Assembly: GCA_051294375.1 (NCBI GenBank)
Contig: CM119266.1
Span: forward strand, 15,797,417 to 15,860,768
DNA: 63,352 bases
Direction: 5' to 3'
Source: Paraspadella gotoi
Lineage: Eukaryota; Animalia; Chaetognatha
The notes below the pieces were generated by a model. The model saw only the letters and a program-made list of their open reading frames with translations, did no database searches and was not told where the DNA came from. The first letter of the stretch is position 1. The number at the start of each line of letters is the position of its first letter. The position numbers and the translations under genes are program-made. Positions 28,767-42,364 of this stretch are shown here, piece after piece.

Positions 28767-29525
28767 TTTTTTCTCCTCTCGCTCCCAGGCTGCCTTTGTT
28801 CCAAGTGAGGCTTAATACCTTAAAAGGAGTTCTTAGGCTCTTAAGTTCTCCAAAGGGAGAGACTTTGTCGAAGGAGGGAAAGGGCCTCCACTTGCGAGGG
28901 TGAGGTCACCGCTTCAAAGGTAAGTTTTTCTTTCGAGCGAGGGAGAGAGAAAGAGCAAGAAGGCAGTGAGAAAATTGTGAGGGATAGAAAAAAAAATTCG
29001 GACGGGAAAGGATTTGGAACTAAAACGGAAGTAAAACGGGTGGCGAGGCGAAAGAACGAGAGTAAAATGTAAACAAAGAGGGGAAAAAAAAGGAAGATAC
29101 TAAAAAAGAAAGAAAGAAAAGGAACTGAGAAAGAAAGACGAAGAAAAATAGAGAAAAGAAAAATGAAAGATAATTAAGTCGATGGCAGTTTTCGTCTTGG
29201 AGGTAATCGAATATGAAAGAAGAGAAACGGAGGAAAGGTGAAGGAATGAGATGTGACAGGAAAAAGAAGAGAGAAACGAGAACGTGAAGGAAGAAAGGAA
29301 AACANNNNNNNNNNNNNNNNNNNNNNNNNTTTTTTTGTTTTATATAGTTTTATTTCTTTTTTATTCTTTAAATCAGTTTCTGCTTATTTTTTATTTTCAA
29401 TTTTTTCTTTTTTTTTTTTTTTTTTCTATCTTATATGTTTTTTTTTTGTTCGTTATTTATATTGTTCTTTTTTCTTCTGTTTGTTTTTTTTTTTAGTTTG
29501 GTTGTTGTTATTATTTTTTTTCTTT

Positions 29526-30286
29526 TTTTGACTTTTTTTCCTTTGATGTCGAAAAAACCAGAGCGGAGTTTTTTTTTAATGTTTTTGAGGAGGAAGAGTG
29601 GAGAGAAGGGGAAGGGGAGGGAGGGGGAAGAGGATGAGTTTATGGTAGGAAAAACTAGAATTAAAAGGTTGAGGGGCGGCGAGGCGGAGAAAAGGAAAGA
29701 TGAGGCTGACCTGAAAGCGATTGAAAAAGCCGAAAGCCAAAGAATGATGAGAAAAAATGCAAATAATTTCAAGTTTACTTTTTCGAATTAATTATTGAGG
29801 CTTAAGAATTGATTTCGACGACGTAACGGAACAACCAACAACAAGACAAACACGCGACGATCTCCTCTGACGCCACACGCCATCGCAGACGAATGACGGG
29901 ACAAACTAATACGTCTCTCCCTGAAGACTCTGTCTCTGTCTCTCTCTCGCTCCCTCTCTCGCTTACAATTCCCGTCCATCGGATTCTCGTTCTCTCCACC
30001 TCGAAGATTCTCGATGAGACGATGTTGTTGTTGTTGTTGTTGCCTTGGTTGTCAGCCGTCGCCATGAGTCGATCGAGGTCATCGGCGGACGTTGATATCG
30101 TCGCCTCCTCTCCTCCGACCTTCCTCCCACCTCCTCCCACCTTCCTCCCACCTTCCTCCACCTTCCCCCACTTCCTCCCTCTCCTTTCCCCTTTTCGACT
30201 TTCATTATTCATTTCGCCGATTTTATGTTAATTCAATCAAAAATCGGAGGACGGAGAATCCTCTCTCTCTTCTCTCTCTCTCTTCT

Positions 30287-30356
<70 letters not shown>

Positions 30357-30357
30357 T

Positions 30358-30396
<39 letters not shown>

Positions 30397-30690
30397 CCCC
30401 CGCTTCCTGCGTGACACACACACACAGTCGCTGCGTTCATCGGAGTTTGATTAAGGGGTAACCTTGACTGCTTCCCTTCGTTCGATGAAAAGGGGATTTA
30501 AGGGCCGCCGTTCGTCGCGCGTTTTTCCTGATATCCAAATTAATTGGAAGGAGTTTTTAAGATTTAGGTTTGGAGGCAAAAACGAAAATGAGGTCCCGAC
30601 TCTCTCTCTCTATCGCTCTCTCTCGCGTACCCGAGTATAATTAGCACTTTGATTTCCGGAACTTTTCGCTTTTTGCTTTTTCTTATCTCG

Positions 30691-30738
<48 letters not shown>

Positions 30739-30930
30739 CTCTCTTCTTCTCTCTCTCTCTCTCTCTCTTCTCTCTCTTCTTTCATTTCTCTCCTCTGGTG
30801 CGAAAAAAAAACTTTGCCGAAAAACTTTTGGTTTACCGACAGACTTCCCTCTCCGCATTTATTTAATCTTCCCCTTATTACAAAGAAAAAAAAGAAAGCG
30901 TCTACGTTTATCTCTCCCCTTGGTTTTGTG

Positions 30931-31018
<88 letters not shown>

Positions 31019-32418
31019 AAGAGAGAGAGAGCTTGCCAACCTTTATAAAAGGGGGACGCGACCTTAATGCAATTATCTTCTGTCGGATTCCGATAAAAGT
31101 AGGCCTTTAAAAAAGGGACATGTTGAGAGGGGGTCAGAGCGAGACAGGGAGGCTTCACGATGCGAAGATCGATCTTGAGAAAATTTGAGGTGGGGCCCGA
31201 TCGAGGATCGCGAACTCGCACGAAGAGAGAGACAGAGGTTGGAACAGCGTTCTCTATTCCATCGACACTCCTTAATCAGGAGTCCTCATAAAAGCGAAAA
31301 GGGCCAACGGGTCAAACCGAGGCGCGCGGTTCATTCGACCTGCCCTCTCGAGGCGCGGAAAGACTTTATTCAAAGGGAGGAAATCGGCGAAGATATTGTA
31401 GGTCAGGTTAAAACCGCGACGGAGGGTAAGGATATATGGAACAGGGTGAGGCGGCGAGTCAGTAGCATGTGAAGTAAACTGGCGTGTCCGAAATTCTTCG
31501 TCGGTCCTCGTATCGGGTCACTTTTGGACTTTGGCGCCGTTTGTCTCCGGCGCGTCGATTTCCCGGGTCAGGTTCCCTCGCCCGGCCCCGTCAGTTCCTC
31601 TGCGCATCCAAATCCCCTGTTTAGCATGCGGACGCGAACGTCGGCGCTAATCAAGGGTGTGAATTTGCGCGGATCGCGTCGGGGGGGTGTGGTCGATGTG
31701 GGGAAAGTGGTTGCGGGGAGTGGGGATTGGAGGAAGCGCAGTTTTCTAACAAGTGGCGATGAAATATACGAAGACAGACAGGTGGCGACTGCAACGCTCG
31801 CTCTCTCTCTATCTGAGTTTCCCTCCCCCTCTCTCTCCTCCCGAACGCCGCGCGAAAGAAAATGATATGCGACGTAAACAAACAACGCAGTTGATTGGAA
31901 ATTATGGGGTTTTTCGTCTCACTTTATAAAAAGAGAAGGAAGAGGCGGGGGGAAAAGTATACATATCTCGAGAGGTTTGTCATCTTTAGAAAAAAAATGA
32001 ATGAGCGACGCACTTTACGTTCTTAAAATCGCGTATTAAATGTCAATAATGCACTTTTTTTCTGTCAAGTTGCTTCGTGTCTCTCGATCCCGATTCTCAT
32101 CGTCGAAGTCTCTCTGCATCTCGTCTATTTTTCTTTTATTTTTTCTCCTTTCAAACCTTTTGGCACAAAATTGGTGTTTTTTTCTTCCTTCATTTTTCGG
32201 TTTCTTTCGCATCTCATTCTCCCTCCCCAACTCCCCCCCCCCGTTTTTTTTGAACATTCGCTTTTTTTTCTTTTCGGTTTTACTTCCCCCGAATTTTCGT
32301 TATCTTTCTTCGGAACGATTTTCTTTGTTTCCCTTTTCCTGTCGTGTTTATCAGACGTTTCATTCCAGTTTATTTTGTCCTCTTCCCTTTTCCCCCTTCT
32401 TTATATCCTTCGCGTTGT

Positions 32419-32477
<59 letters not shown>

Positions 32478-33286
32478 TTTTCTCTCACACCATCCCTTTA
32501 CCGTTATCTCTTCTCACTTATAACTATCAACGACGGGCCACCAGTTCGTGGGTCAATGACACGAACTTAAATTATCTAAAAATTGCGAAATTGGTCAACG
32601 GACATGCGATTCGAAGGGGATTTTGAATCAGATTCAGCCTGTGATGCTGATGGTGATGGATGGGTGGCGTCCCGCCCTGGAATGGCACGCCGTGCCAGAT
32701 CGGCTTTCAGTTCGTCTCTTCGTTCGACACGGAAGCGATCGAGTCCCTCCGATCTCGTCCCCTAATTATTGTTCAAAAAGAATTCCGATTTAGTTTCAGA
32801 TTAATTGGCCGAAAAACAAGCGAAAAGTCGCGACGAAGTAACGAAGTAACGAATGAAACGAAATAATTATTTCTGAACAAATCCGACCACGCGTCGCATA
32901 AATCAGGTCATCTTTTTTTTTTTTTAATTCCGCAAAGTAACTTAATTTTAGTTAAAATCCCCCCCCAAAAAATCTCTGTTAAAAGATCGTTCATCGATCA
33001 CCCCCCCCCCCTACAGAGTCACCGATTGCCAAAAGCGTCAGGAAATTCAATCGCATTTCGTCGAGAAAGGCGAACCTCACCGGATATTGTTAATATCATT
33101 TAATGTTATTATTTTTTGTTGACCGTTACTTTTTTTTAAAAATACCGGGATCGACGAAAGAAGAGATAAAAATAAATCAGTCGAAGTCATTTTTATTTAG
33201 GAGGAGGCCGGAAGAAAAAAAGTTTTTATATCTGATTATGATTTTTTTCCCTTCTCGTTCACCGAGCGCGAAAGAGATGAGAGAGA

Positions 33287-33343
<57 letters not shown>

Positions 33344-33496
33344 AGAGAGAGAGAGAAGAGATAGAAGAAAGAAAAGATATATTTGCCGATGTAATCTTAG
33401 ATTTTTTCCTATTCGTACGAATCGATTTCCTGTCAACTTCTCTCTCACTCAGACTTCTCCTCACATTTATCTGTTCTCTTTCTTCGTTGTGTTTGA

Positions 33497-33527
<31 letters not shown>

Positions 33528-33534
33528 AGAGAGA

Positions 33535-33576
<42 letters not shown>

Positions 33577-34127
33577 AGAAAAGAGAAGAGAGAGAGAACG
33601 AACGAAACCTTTCCATCCCATGAATTTACATTATATCCTCGCGCGAAAAAACAGAAGGTTGAATTCAGCATGAACTCGAAATATGAGCTCACCTTTTAAA
33701 TCTTCAATTTCAAATGGATTTGTTCAGGTCTCTCCCTCTTCACTCCTTTCTCTCCTCCCTCCTCCCTCCCTCCCTCTCTTTTCTCCCTCGTCTCCGCTTT
33801 TGTCTCACGTAAGTTTTTTTTTTCATGATTTTTAAATTCTGAGGAAAATTTCCACGTATTTCCTCGGGTTTTGAAAGTGAATAAGCAGAGATACGAGTCC
33901 GAGACGAGACCCTCGTGAGATGAACTCCGAATCATCGAGATGAAGTGAGAACTTTGGTTAAGTTGAAACGGTTATGCTGGTTGGATGGGTTGAGACGAGG
34001 ATGAATCGAGGTCGGGACGAGACAAGAATTCACGGTTAACTTTTTTTTACGTCTCCCGTTTTCAAAATCGATTCGTGGTCTGTCACCTCACCGTTCCATC
34101 GGCTTGTTCTCTCTGGTTTACCATTCT
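29526..34127 (+). repeat. Left arm of ~4.6-kb fold-back palindrome
   Basis: TTTGACTTTTTTTCCTTTGATGTCGAAAA at ~29527 pairs with TTTTCGACATCAAAGGAAAAAAGTCAAAAA ending 38840. TTACCATTCT ending 34127 pairs with AGAATGGTAA starting 34251. Confidence 0.95.
30116..30180. repeat. Short 10-11-bp tandem repeat CCTTCCTCCCA
   Basis: About six imperfect copies. Fewer copies appear in the mirrored arm at ~38208-38240. Confidence 0.75.
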
Positions 34128-34142
34128 TTTCTCTCTCTCTCT

Positions 34143-34239
<97 letters not shown>

Positions 34240-34250
34240 AATTCATCCAG

Positions 34251-37200
34251 AGAATGGTAAACACGAGAGAACAAAGCCGATGGAACGGTGAGGTGACACG
34301 ACCACGAATCGAATTTTGAAAAACGGGAGACGTAAAAAAAAGTTAACCGTTGAATTCTTGTCTCGTCCCGACCTCGATTCATCCTCGTCTCAACCTCATC
34401 TCAACCAGCATAACCGTCTCAACTTAAACCAAAGTCTCAACCTCATCTCGACGGATTCGGAGTTCATCTCAACGAGGGTCTCGTCTCGCGACTCGTATCT
34501 CTGCTCATATCCACTTTTCAAAACCCGAGGAAGATACGTGGAAATTTTCCTCCGAATTTAAAAACTCATGAAAAAAAAAAAACTTACGTGAGACAAAAGC
34601 GGAGACGAGGGGGAGAAAGAGAGGGAGGGAGGGAGGGAGGAGAGAAAGGAGGTGAAGAGGGAGAGAGACCTGAACAAATCCATTTGAAATTGAAGATTTA
34701 AAACGTGAGCTCATATTTCGAGTTCATGCCTGAATTCAACCTTCTGTTTTTTCGCCGCGAGGATATAATGTAAATTCATGGGGATGGAAAGGTTTCGTTC
34801 GTTCTCTCTCTCTCTCTCTCTCTCTCNNNNNNNNNNNNNNNNNNNNNNNNNNNNNNNNNNNNNNNNNNNNNNNNNNNNNNNNNNNNNNNNNNNNNNNNNN
34901 NNNNNNNNNNNNNNNNNNNNNNNNNNNNNNNNNNNNNNNNNNNNNNNNNNNNNNNNNNNNNNNNNNNNNNNNNNNNNNNNNNNNNNNNNNNNNNNNNNNN
35001 NNNNNNNNNNNNNNNNNNNNNNNNNNNNNNNNNNNNNNNNNNNNNNNNNNNNNNNNNNNNNNNNNNNNNNNNNNNNNNNNNNNNNNNNNNNNNNNNNNNN
35101 NNNNNNNNNNNNNNNNNNNNNNNNNNNNNNNNNNNNNNNNNNNNNNNTCTCTCTCTCTTTCGCGCTCGGTGAACGAGAGGGAAAAAAAATCATTAATCAG
35201 ATATAAAACTTTTTTTTCTTCCGGCCTCCTCCCTAAATAAAATGACTCTCGACTGATTTATTTTTATCCTCGATCTTTCGTCGATCCCGTATTTTTAAAA
35301 AAAAGTAACGGTCAACAAAAAAATAATAACATTAAATGATATTAAACAATATCCGGTCGAGGTTCGCCTTTCTCGACGAAATGCGATTGAATTTCCTGAC
35401 GCTTTTGGCCAATCGGTGACTCTGTGAGGGGGGGGTGATCGATAACGATCTTTTACCACGAGATTTTTTTTTGGGGAGGGGACTTTTAACTAAAATTAAG
35501 TTACTTGCGGATTAAAAAAAAAAAGATGACCTGATTTCATGCGACGCGTGGTCGGATTTGTCAGAAATAATTTATTTCGTTTCATTCGTTACTTCCCCTT
35601 CGTCGCGACCTTTTTTTTCGCCATTCGGTTGTTTTCGGCCAATTAATCTGAAACTAAATCGGAATTATTTTTGACAATAATAGGGGACTAGATCGAGGGA
35701 CTCGATCGCTTCCGTGTCGAACGAAGAGACGGAACTGAAAGCCGATCTGGCACGGCGTGCCATTCCAGGGCGGGACGCCGCCCATCCATCACCATCAGTA
35801 TCACCGGCTGAATCGGTTTCAAAATCCCCGTTCGAATCGGCGTTGACCAATTTCGCAATTTTAGATAATTTAAGTTCGTGTCATTGACCCACGAACTGGG
35901 TGGCCCGGCGTTGATAGTTATAAGTGAGAAGAGATAACGNNNNNNNNNNNNNNNNNNNNNNNNNNNNNNNNNNNNNNNNNNNNNNNNNNNNNNNNNNNNN
36001 NNNNNNNNNNNNNNNNNNNNNNNNNNNNNNNNNNNNNNNNNNNNNNNNNNNNNNNNNNNNNNNNNNNNNNNNNNNNNNNNNNNNNNNNNNNNNNNNNNNN
36101 NNNNNNNNNNNNNNNNNNNNNNNNNNNNNNNNNNNNNNNNNNNNNNNNNNNNNNNNNNNNNNNNNNNNNNNNNNNNNNNNNNNNNNNNNNNNNNNNNNNN
36201 NNNNNNNNNNNNNNNNNNNNNNNNNNNNNNNNNNNNNNNNNNNNNNNNNNNNNNNNNNNNNNNNNNNNNNNNNNNNNNNNNNNNNNNNNNNNNNNNNNNN
36301 NNNNNNNNNNNNNNNNNNNNNNNNNNNNNNNNNNNNNNNNNNNNNNNNNNNNNNNNNNNNNNNNNNNNNNNNNNNNNNNNNNNNNNNNNNNNNNNNNNNN
36401 NNNNNNNNNNNNNNNNNNNNNNNNNNNNNNNNNNNNNNNNNNNNNNNNNNNNNNNNNNNNNNNNNNNNNNNNNNNGTTGGGGAGGGAGGAATGAGGATGC
36501 GAAAGAAACCGAAAAATGAAGGAAGAAAAAACACAATTTTGTGCCAAAAGGTTGAAAGGAGAAAAAAGAAAAGAAAAATAGACGAGATGCAGAGAGACTT
36601 CGACGATGAGAATCGGGATCGAGAGACACGAAGCAACTTGACAGAAAAAAAAGTGCATTATTGACATTTATACGCGATTTTAAAGAACGTAAAGTGCGTC
36701 GCTCATTCTTTTTTTTTTCTAAAGATGACAAACCTCTCGAGATATGTATACTTTTTCCCCCCGCCTCTTCCTTCTCTTTTTATAAAGTGAGACGAAAACC
36801 CCCCATAATTTTCCAATCAACTCGCGTTGTTTGTTTACGTCGCATATCATTTTCTTTCGCGCGGCGTTCGGAGAGAGAGAGGGGGAGGGAAACTCAGATA
36901 GAGAGAGAGCGAGCGTTGCAGTCGCCACCTGTCTGGTCTTCGTATATTTCATCGCCACCTTGTTAGAAAACTGCACTCCCCACTCCAATCCCCACTCCCC
37001 GCAACCACTTTCCCCACATCGACCACACCCCCCCGACGCGATCCGCGCCAAATTCAACACCCTTGATTAGCGCCGACGTTCGCTCCGCATGCTAAACAGG
37101 GGATTTTGGATGCGCAGAGGAACTGACGGCGCCGGGCGGAGGGAACCTGACGCCGGGAAATCGACGCGCCGGAGACAACGGCGCCAAAGTCCATAAAGTG

Positions 37201-38840
37201 ACGCCAATACGAGGCCGACGAAGATTTTCGGACAACACATGCTACCTGACTCGCCGCCTCACCCTGTTCCATATATCCTTACCCTCCGTCGCGGTTTGAA
37301 CCTGACCTACAATATCTTCGCTGATTTCCTTCCTTTGAAAAAAGTCTTTCCGCGCCTCGAGAGGGCAGGTCGATGAACCGCGCGCCTCGGTTTGACCCGT
37401 TGGCCCCTTTTCGCTTTTATGAGGACTCCTTGATTAGAGAGTGGCGATGAATAGAGAACGCTGTTCCCACCTCTCTCTCTCTTCGTGCGAGTTCGCGAAT
37501 CCTCGATCGGGGCCCACCTCAATTTTCTCAAGATCGATCTTCGCATCGTGAAGCCTCCCTGTCTCGCTCTGACCCCCTCTCACATGTCCCTTTTTTAAAG
37601 GCTACTTTTATACGGAATCGACAGAAGATAATTGCATTAAGGTCGCGTCCTCCTTTTATAAAGNNNNNNNNNNAGATAAGAAAAAGCAAAAAGCGAAAAG
37701 TTCCGGAAATACAAAGTGCTAATTATACTCGGGAACGCGAGAGAGAGCGATAGAGAGAGAGAGTCGGGACCTCATTTTCGTTTTGCCTCCAAACCTAAAT
37801 CTTAAAAACTCCTTCCAATTAATTTGGATATCAGGAAAAACGCGCGACGAACGGCGGCCCTTAAATCCCCCTTTTCAGCGAACGAAGGGAAGCAGTCAAG
37901 GTTAACCCCTTAATCAAAACTCCGATGAACGCAGCGACTGTGTGTGTGTGTCACGCAGGAAGCGGGGGNNNNNNNNNNNNNNNNNNNNNNNNNNNNNNNN
38001 NNNNNNNNNNNNNNNNNNNNNNNNNNNNNNNNNNNNNNNNNNNNNNNNNNNNNNNNNNNNNNNNNNNNNNNNNNNNNNNNNNNNNNNNNNNNNNNNNNNN
38101 NNNNNNNNNNNAGAGAGAGAGAGAGAGATTCTCCGTCCTCCGATTTTTGATTGAATTAACATAAAATCGGCGAAATGAATAATGAAAGTCGAAAAGGGGA
38201 AAGGAGAGGGAGGAAGGTGGGAGGAAGGTGGGAGGAAGGTCGGAGGAGAGGGGCGACGTTATCAACGTCCGCCGATGACCTCGATCGACTCATGGCGACG
38301 GCTGACAACCAAGGCAACAACAACAACAACAACATCGTCTCATCGAGAATTCTTCGAGGTGGAAGAGAACGAGAATCCGATGGACGGGGAATTGTAAGCG
38401 AGAGAGGGAGCGAGAGAGAGACAGAGACAGAGTCTTCAGGGGAGAGACGTATTAGTTTGTCCCGTCATGTCGTCTGCGATGGGCGTGGTGGCGTCAGAGG
38501 AGATCGTCGGCGTGTTTGTCTTGTTGTTGTTGTTCCGTTACGTCGTCGAAATCAATTATTAAGCCTCAATAATTAATTCGCAAAAGTAAACTTGAAATTA
38601 ATTTGCCTTTTTTCTCATCATTCTTTTGGCTTTCGGCTTTTTCAATCGCTTTCAGGTCAGCCTCATCTTTCCTTTTCTCCGCCTCGCCGCCCCTCACCCT
38701 TTTAATTCTAGTTTTTCCTACCCATAAACTCATCCTCTTCCCCCTCCCTTCCCCCTTCTCTCCACTCTTCCGTCCTCAAAAACATTAAAAAAAAACTCCG
38801 CTCTGGTTCTTTTTCGACATCAAAGGAAAAAAGTCAAAAA
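34251..38840 (-). repeat. Right arm of ~4.6-kb fold-back palindrome
   Basis: Colinear reverse complement of 29526-34127. Microsatellite-containing stretches are replaced by N gaps. Confidence 0.95.
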
Positions 38841-39078
38841 CGCCGGCGAGAGTCACGACCGCCACTCGACTTTTCTTGGCTTCAACCATCTGCGCCCCCC
38901 TGCTCCTATCCCTCTTCCTGCCCCCCCTTCCCAGCCTCCCCACTCCACGCTTCTTACAGTCCACTGAGTAACTCCTCCGGTCAGAGCTGGGGAAAACTCC
39001 ACGGTTTCATCACCTCAAGCCTCTTCAGGAGAGGTCAGTGTCTGTCTGTTCTCTCTGCTCCTCTCTCTCTCTCTCCTG

Positions 39079-39109
<31 letters not shown>

Positions 39110-40547
39110 TCTCTCCATCCTCTCTCTCCTCTTTCCTTTAACCTAGCTAATGCGGCTGAGCGATTCACGGATGATTATTAAAAATCTCTCGGCGCCGAAA
39201 AGACGAGGAGCCGGAAGAAAAACCCCAGAGCCTGACCCGCAAAAAAAAAACTCATCGCTCGACCGAAACTGGGGGTCAACCTCACCTTCTCATCAAACTC
39301 ACCCTTTGAGCGCGGAGAGCTTAAACTGAGCGAGAATTCCGACGAGGGAGAGGGAGGATCAGCGTCGGGCAGGGGAGAGTGAGAGGGGAAAACTTTTTTT
39401 CTCTCAGGATTGTGGGGGAATTATGAAGAAGACTCGGGAACAGAGGGGAGTGATAAGAGTGAGAAGAAAAGTCGGGAAATATGAGAAGATGGTAAAGAGT
39501 GTTCGGTGGGTAAGGAGGTAAAAGGGGAAGCATCAAAAAAAGGGGAGTTTGAAAGACGCTGAGTATTGACCCGAAACAATGATTCGCCTTGAAGGTTGGC
39601 AGGAATTCTCGGTGGCTTCACCGCGGATGGGGGAGGGAGAGAGAGAGAGAGAGAAAAAGAAGAGACGAAGAGAGAGAGAGGAAGAGGAGAGAGAGAGATG
39701 AGAGAGAGAGAGAGAGGGAGAGAGAGAGAGAGAGGGCTGAGGGAACGAAAAATCATTGCTCTCCGTGAAAGCAACAATAAAAGATATAAGTATGAATAAA
39801 GTCCTTCGCGAATTAGGAACACAACGACCATTCTCCGATGCAGGGCCCCGTTTGCGAAAATCGAAAATCGTCAAAGGACCGAGACAGAGAGGACAGGAGA
39901 GAGACAGAGAGCGAGAGATACAGAGAGCGAGAGGGTCGGAAACAGAAACGTTTCCTCCCTAATGGTCGCGCGAACTGACCAGCATGAACAAGCGCGTGGT
40001 TAATGATGCTCAAATCAAAGCTGAAGTCACTGAAACAACAACGAGCTCGTTCCATTGAAGCGACGACGATGACGACGACGACGACGACGACAATAGCCAA
40101 TAGCTAATGACGCTTCGACTGAGTTTAGTCGTATTATTTCGTAGTCAAACGCTTTGGTCATCGCGAAAGTCCGGTGAACAAAAAGGACGATCTCATCCCT
40201 TTATACATTATATAAGAGGAAGATAATATTTTTGTTATTTAAGCCATTGTTCCGTCGACTCTCAAGTAATAGACGTTGGTTTGCAAAATTTTTTAACATA
40301 GGAACAAGGATGTTTGCCCGTCAATAAACAAGTTGGCGAGATATTTTCCTTTTCGTGAGAACGTCGTCGTCGTCCTCGTCGTCGTCATCATCGTCATCAT
40401 TTTCCCCCAACCTCGGTCGAAGTCGTGAGCAGCCCTAACTTAAGCCAGTTAAGAAAGGTAGAGTTTTTTCCTCATATTTCCTTCAATTACGGACGAATTA
40501 AGAAAATCACCGATTTCTCTGGGGCGCACAAAATTCCCCCCACCTCC

Positions 40548-40595
<48 letters not shown>

Positions 40596-41496
40596 TTCCG
40601 CTTTCACTTCTCTCTTTCTCTTTTTTGAAACCCAGAGTCGTGAAAATTTCGAGAGTAGAATGATTGATTGACTGGCGTCTCCCGCCTTCGGGGACAAAAA
40701 ACTAAAAAGCGAGAAAATGGGGGAATTATCGAATTATCCCCCGAACGGGTCCTTTTCTCACTTACGGTGAAAGGGCGCTCGCGATAAAACGTATTAACGC
40801 GAAAAGCGTTGATTTTTATATTTCTTATCGCATTAAAGACATACCAAAACTAGCCATTTACGCGATTTATATTATCAAATAACCATTTAAATATTTTGCT
40901 AATTTGATATGGAGCTGAATTGGCTTAAAACTATTCCTACTATGCGTGAAAAGCGAGCGGCTACAGATTCTCGATCTGACACCAAAAAAAAATGGTAAAA
41001 AAGGGCCGTTTTATTAGTTTCGATCTCCAATTAAAGGTAATCGTATTTTCTTGGCGATTAAGCAAAAGATATTTCAGAAAAAAAAGAGAAGAAATTTAAT
41101 ATTTTTTGGCCCCCAAAGACGTTTATAAGAAGATTAAATGGATGAGTCAATTCCATTTTTTTTTCTATTTTTTTTTTTCAATCATTCACCTTCGGCGGGT
41201 CACGTACGCAAAAAGAAGAGGCGAAGAGAAAACAGACTTAAATTATTTTAATAGGAGAATTACTAAAGGTGAAAGAATAAAGGTATAATTGAAATTTGTC
41301 ATGGGAAGGTTCGAAAGTTCGATTTGACGTTTTAAATTAGCGCTTGAAGGGTTTTGGCTTTGAAAGATTGTGACGTCGAAGTTTAAATAATTAATCGATT
41401 TTTACCTCAACAAAATGGGGATTTTCTGGCTAAAGTATCAAATCGTAGCAAACTTTTTTTGCGCCCACGTGCCAACTTCCGGTTTTTCGTCATCGG

Positions 41497-41748
41497 CACC
41501 TGGACGGCGATGAGAAAGACGAAAACGACGACGATGAAGACGACAAAGAAGACGACGCTTCTCACCTGCGCGCGTTGGAGAGAGAGAGATAGAGAGAGAG
41601 AGAAGGAAACGTCCTTTCTACCTGGACGCGATATTCACGCGCGCTCGAGAGGAAGCGAGTCAGGTAAAGAGGAAGAGGAGAGGCGCAGGTGAAAAAATAC
41701 GACGACGATGAGGACGACGACGACGACGCCCGTTGGAAAATCCAGGTG
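41497..41748. promoter_or_regulatory. Homotypic cluster of six E2-box/ZEB-type sites (CAGGTG/CAGGTA)
   Basis: CACCTG 41497, CACCTG 41563, TACCTG 41619, CAGGTA 41661, CAGGTG 41686 and CAGGTG 41743 fall within 252 bp, ~5 kb into the putative ZEB intron. Confidence 0.45.
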
Positions 41749-41904
41749 AGAAGAAGAGAAGAAGAGAAGGAAAAAAGAAATTTTTTTTTCTCCGCGATGT
41801 TTGGCGGCGGAAATCGTAAACATTTTACAGCGTAGGGCAGGATAGAGGGAAAGAAAAAGATGATTAAAAGTTGTAAAAAAGGTAAAGGAATAATTGAGTA
41901 ACCC

Positions 41905-41979
<75 letters not shown>

Positions 41980-42238
41980 AAAGAGGCGGGAGAACGAAAA
42001 GAGCAAAAGGATCAAAACTTGAAAAAAAAATAAAAGCGTGGCGTAATTAAATTAAGAAAAAAAGTTCTTTAAGACAAGACATATTTGATGGTGATTTGTA
42101 TGTTAAAATGATGGCAAATTTTTTTTCTTAGTTGATTCGTCGCCAGGTTGACGAGAAGCGAGAGCTGGGTCAGGAGGAAACGATATGACAAGGAAAACCA
42201 GATTATTAAAGGAAGGGGAAAAATGGAAGACATTAATG

Positions 42239-42364
<126 letters not shown>

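Noticed and set aside
34128-34250. Residual sequencing adapter at the fold-back centres
   Set aside because: No SMRTbell-like adapter sequence is recognisable here or at 61602, only CT/GA repeat and a short unique stretch.
35665-35900. Acidic frame (DSNGDFETDSAGDTDGD...) as ZEB exon 2, mirrored at ~32545-32765
   Set aside because: The nearest acceptor gives a stop in the required phase 1, the two copies disagree in frame, and there is no donor before the stop.
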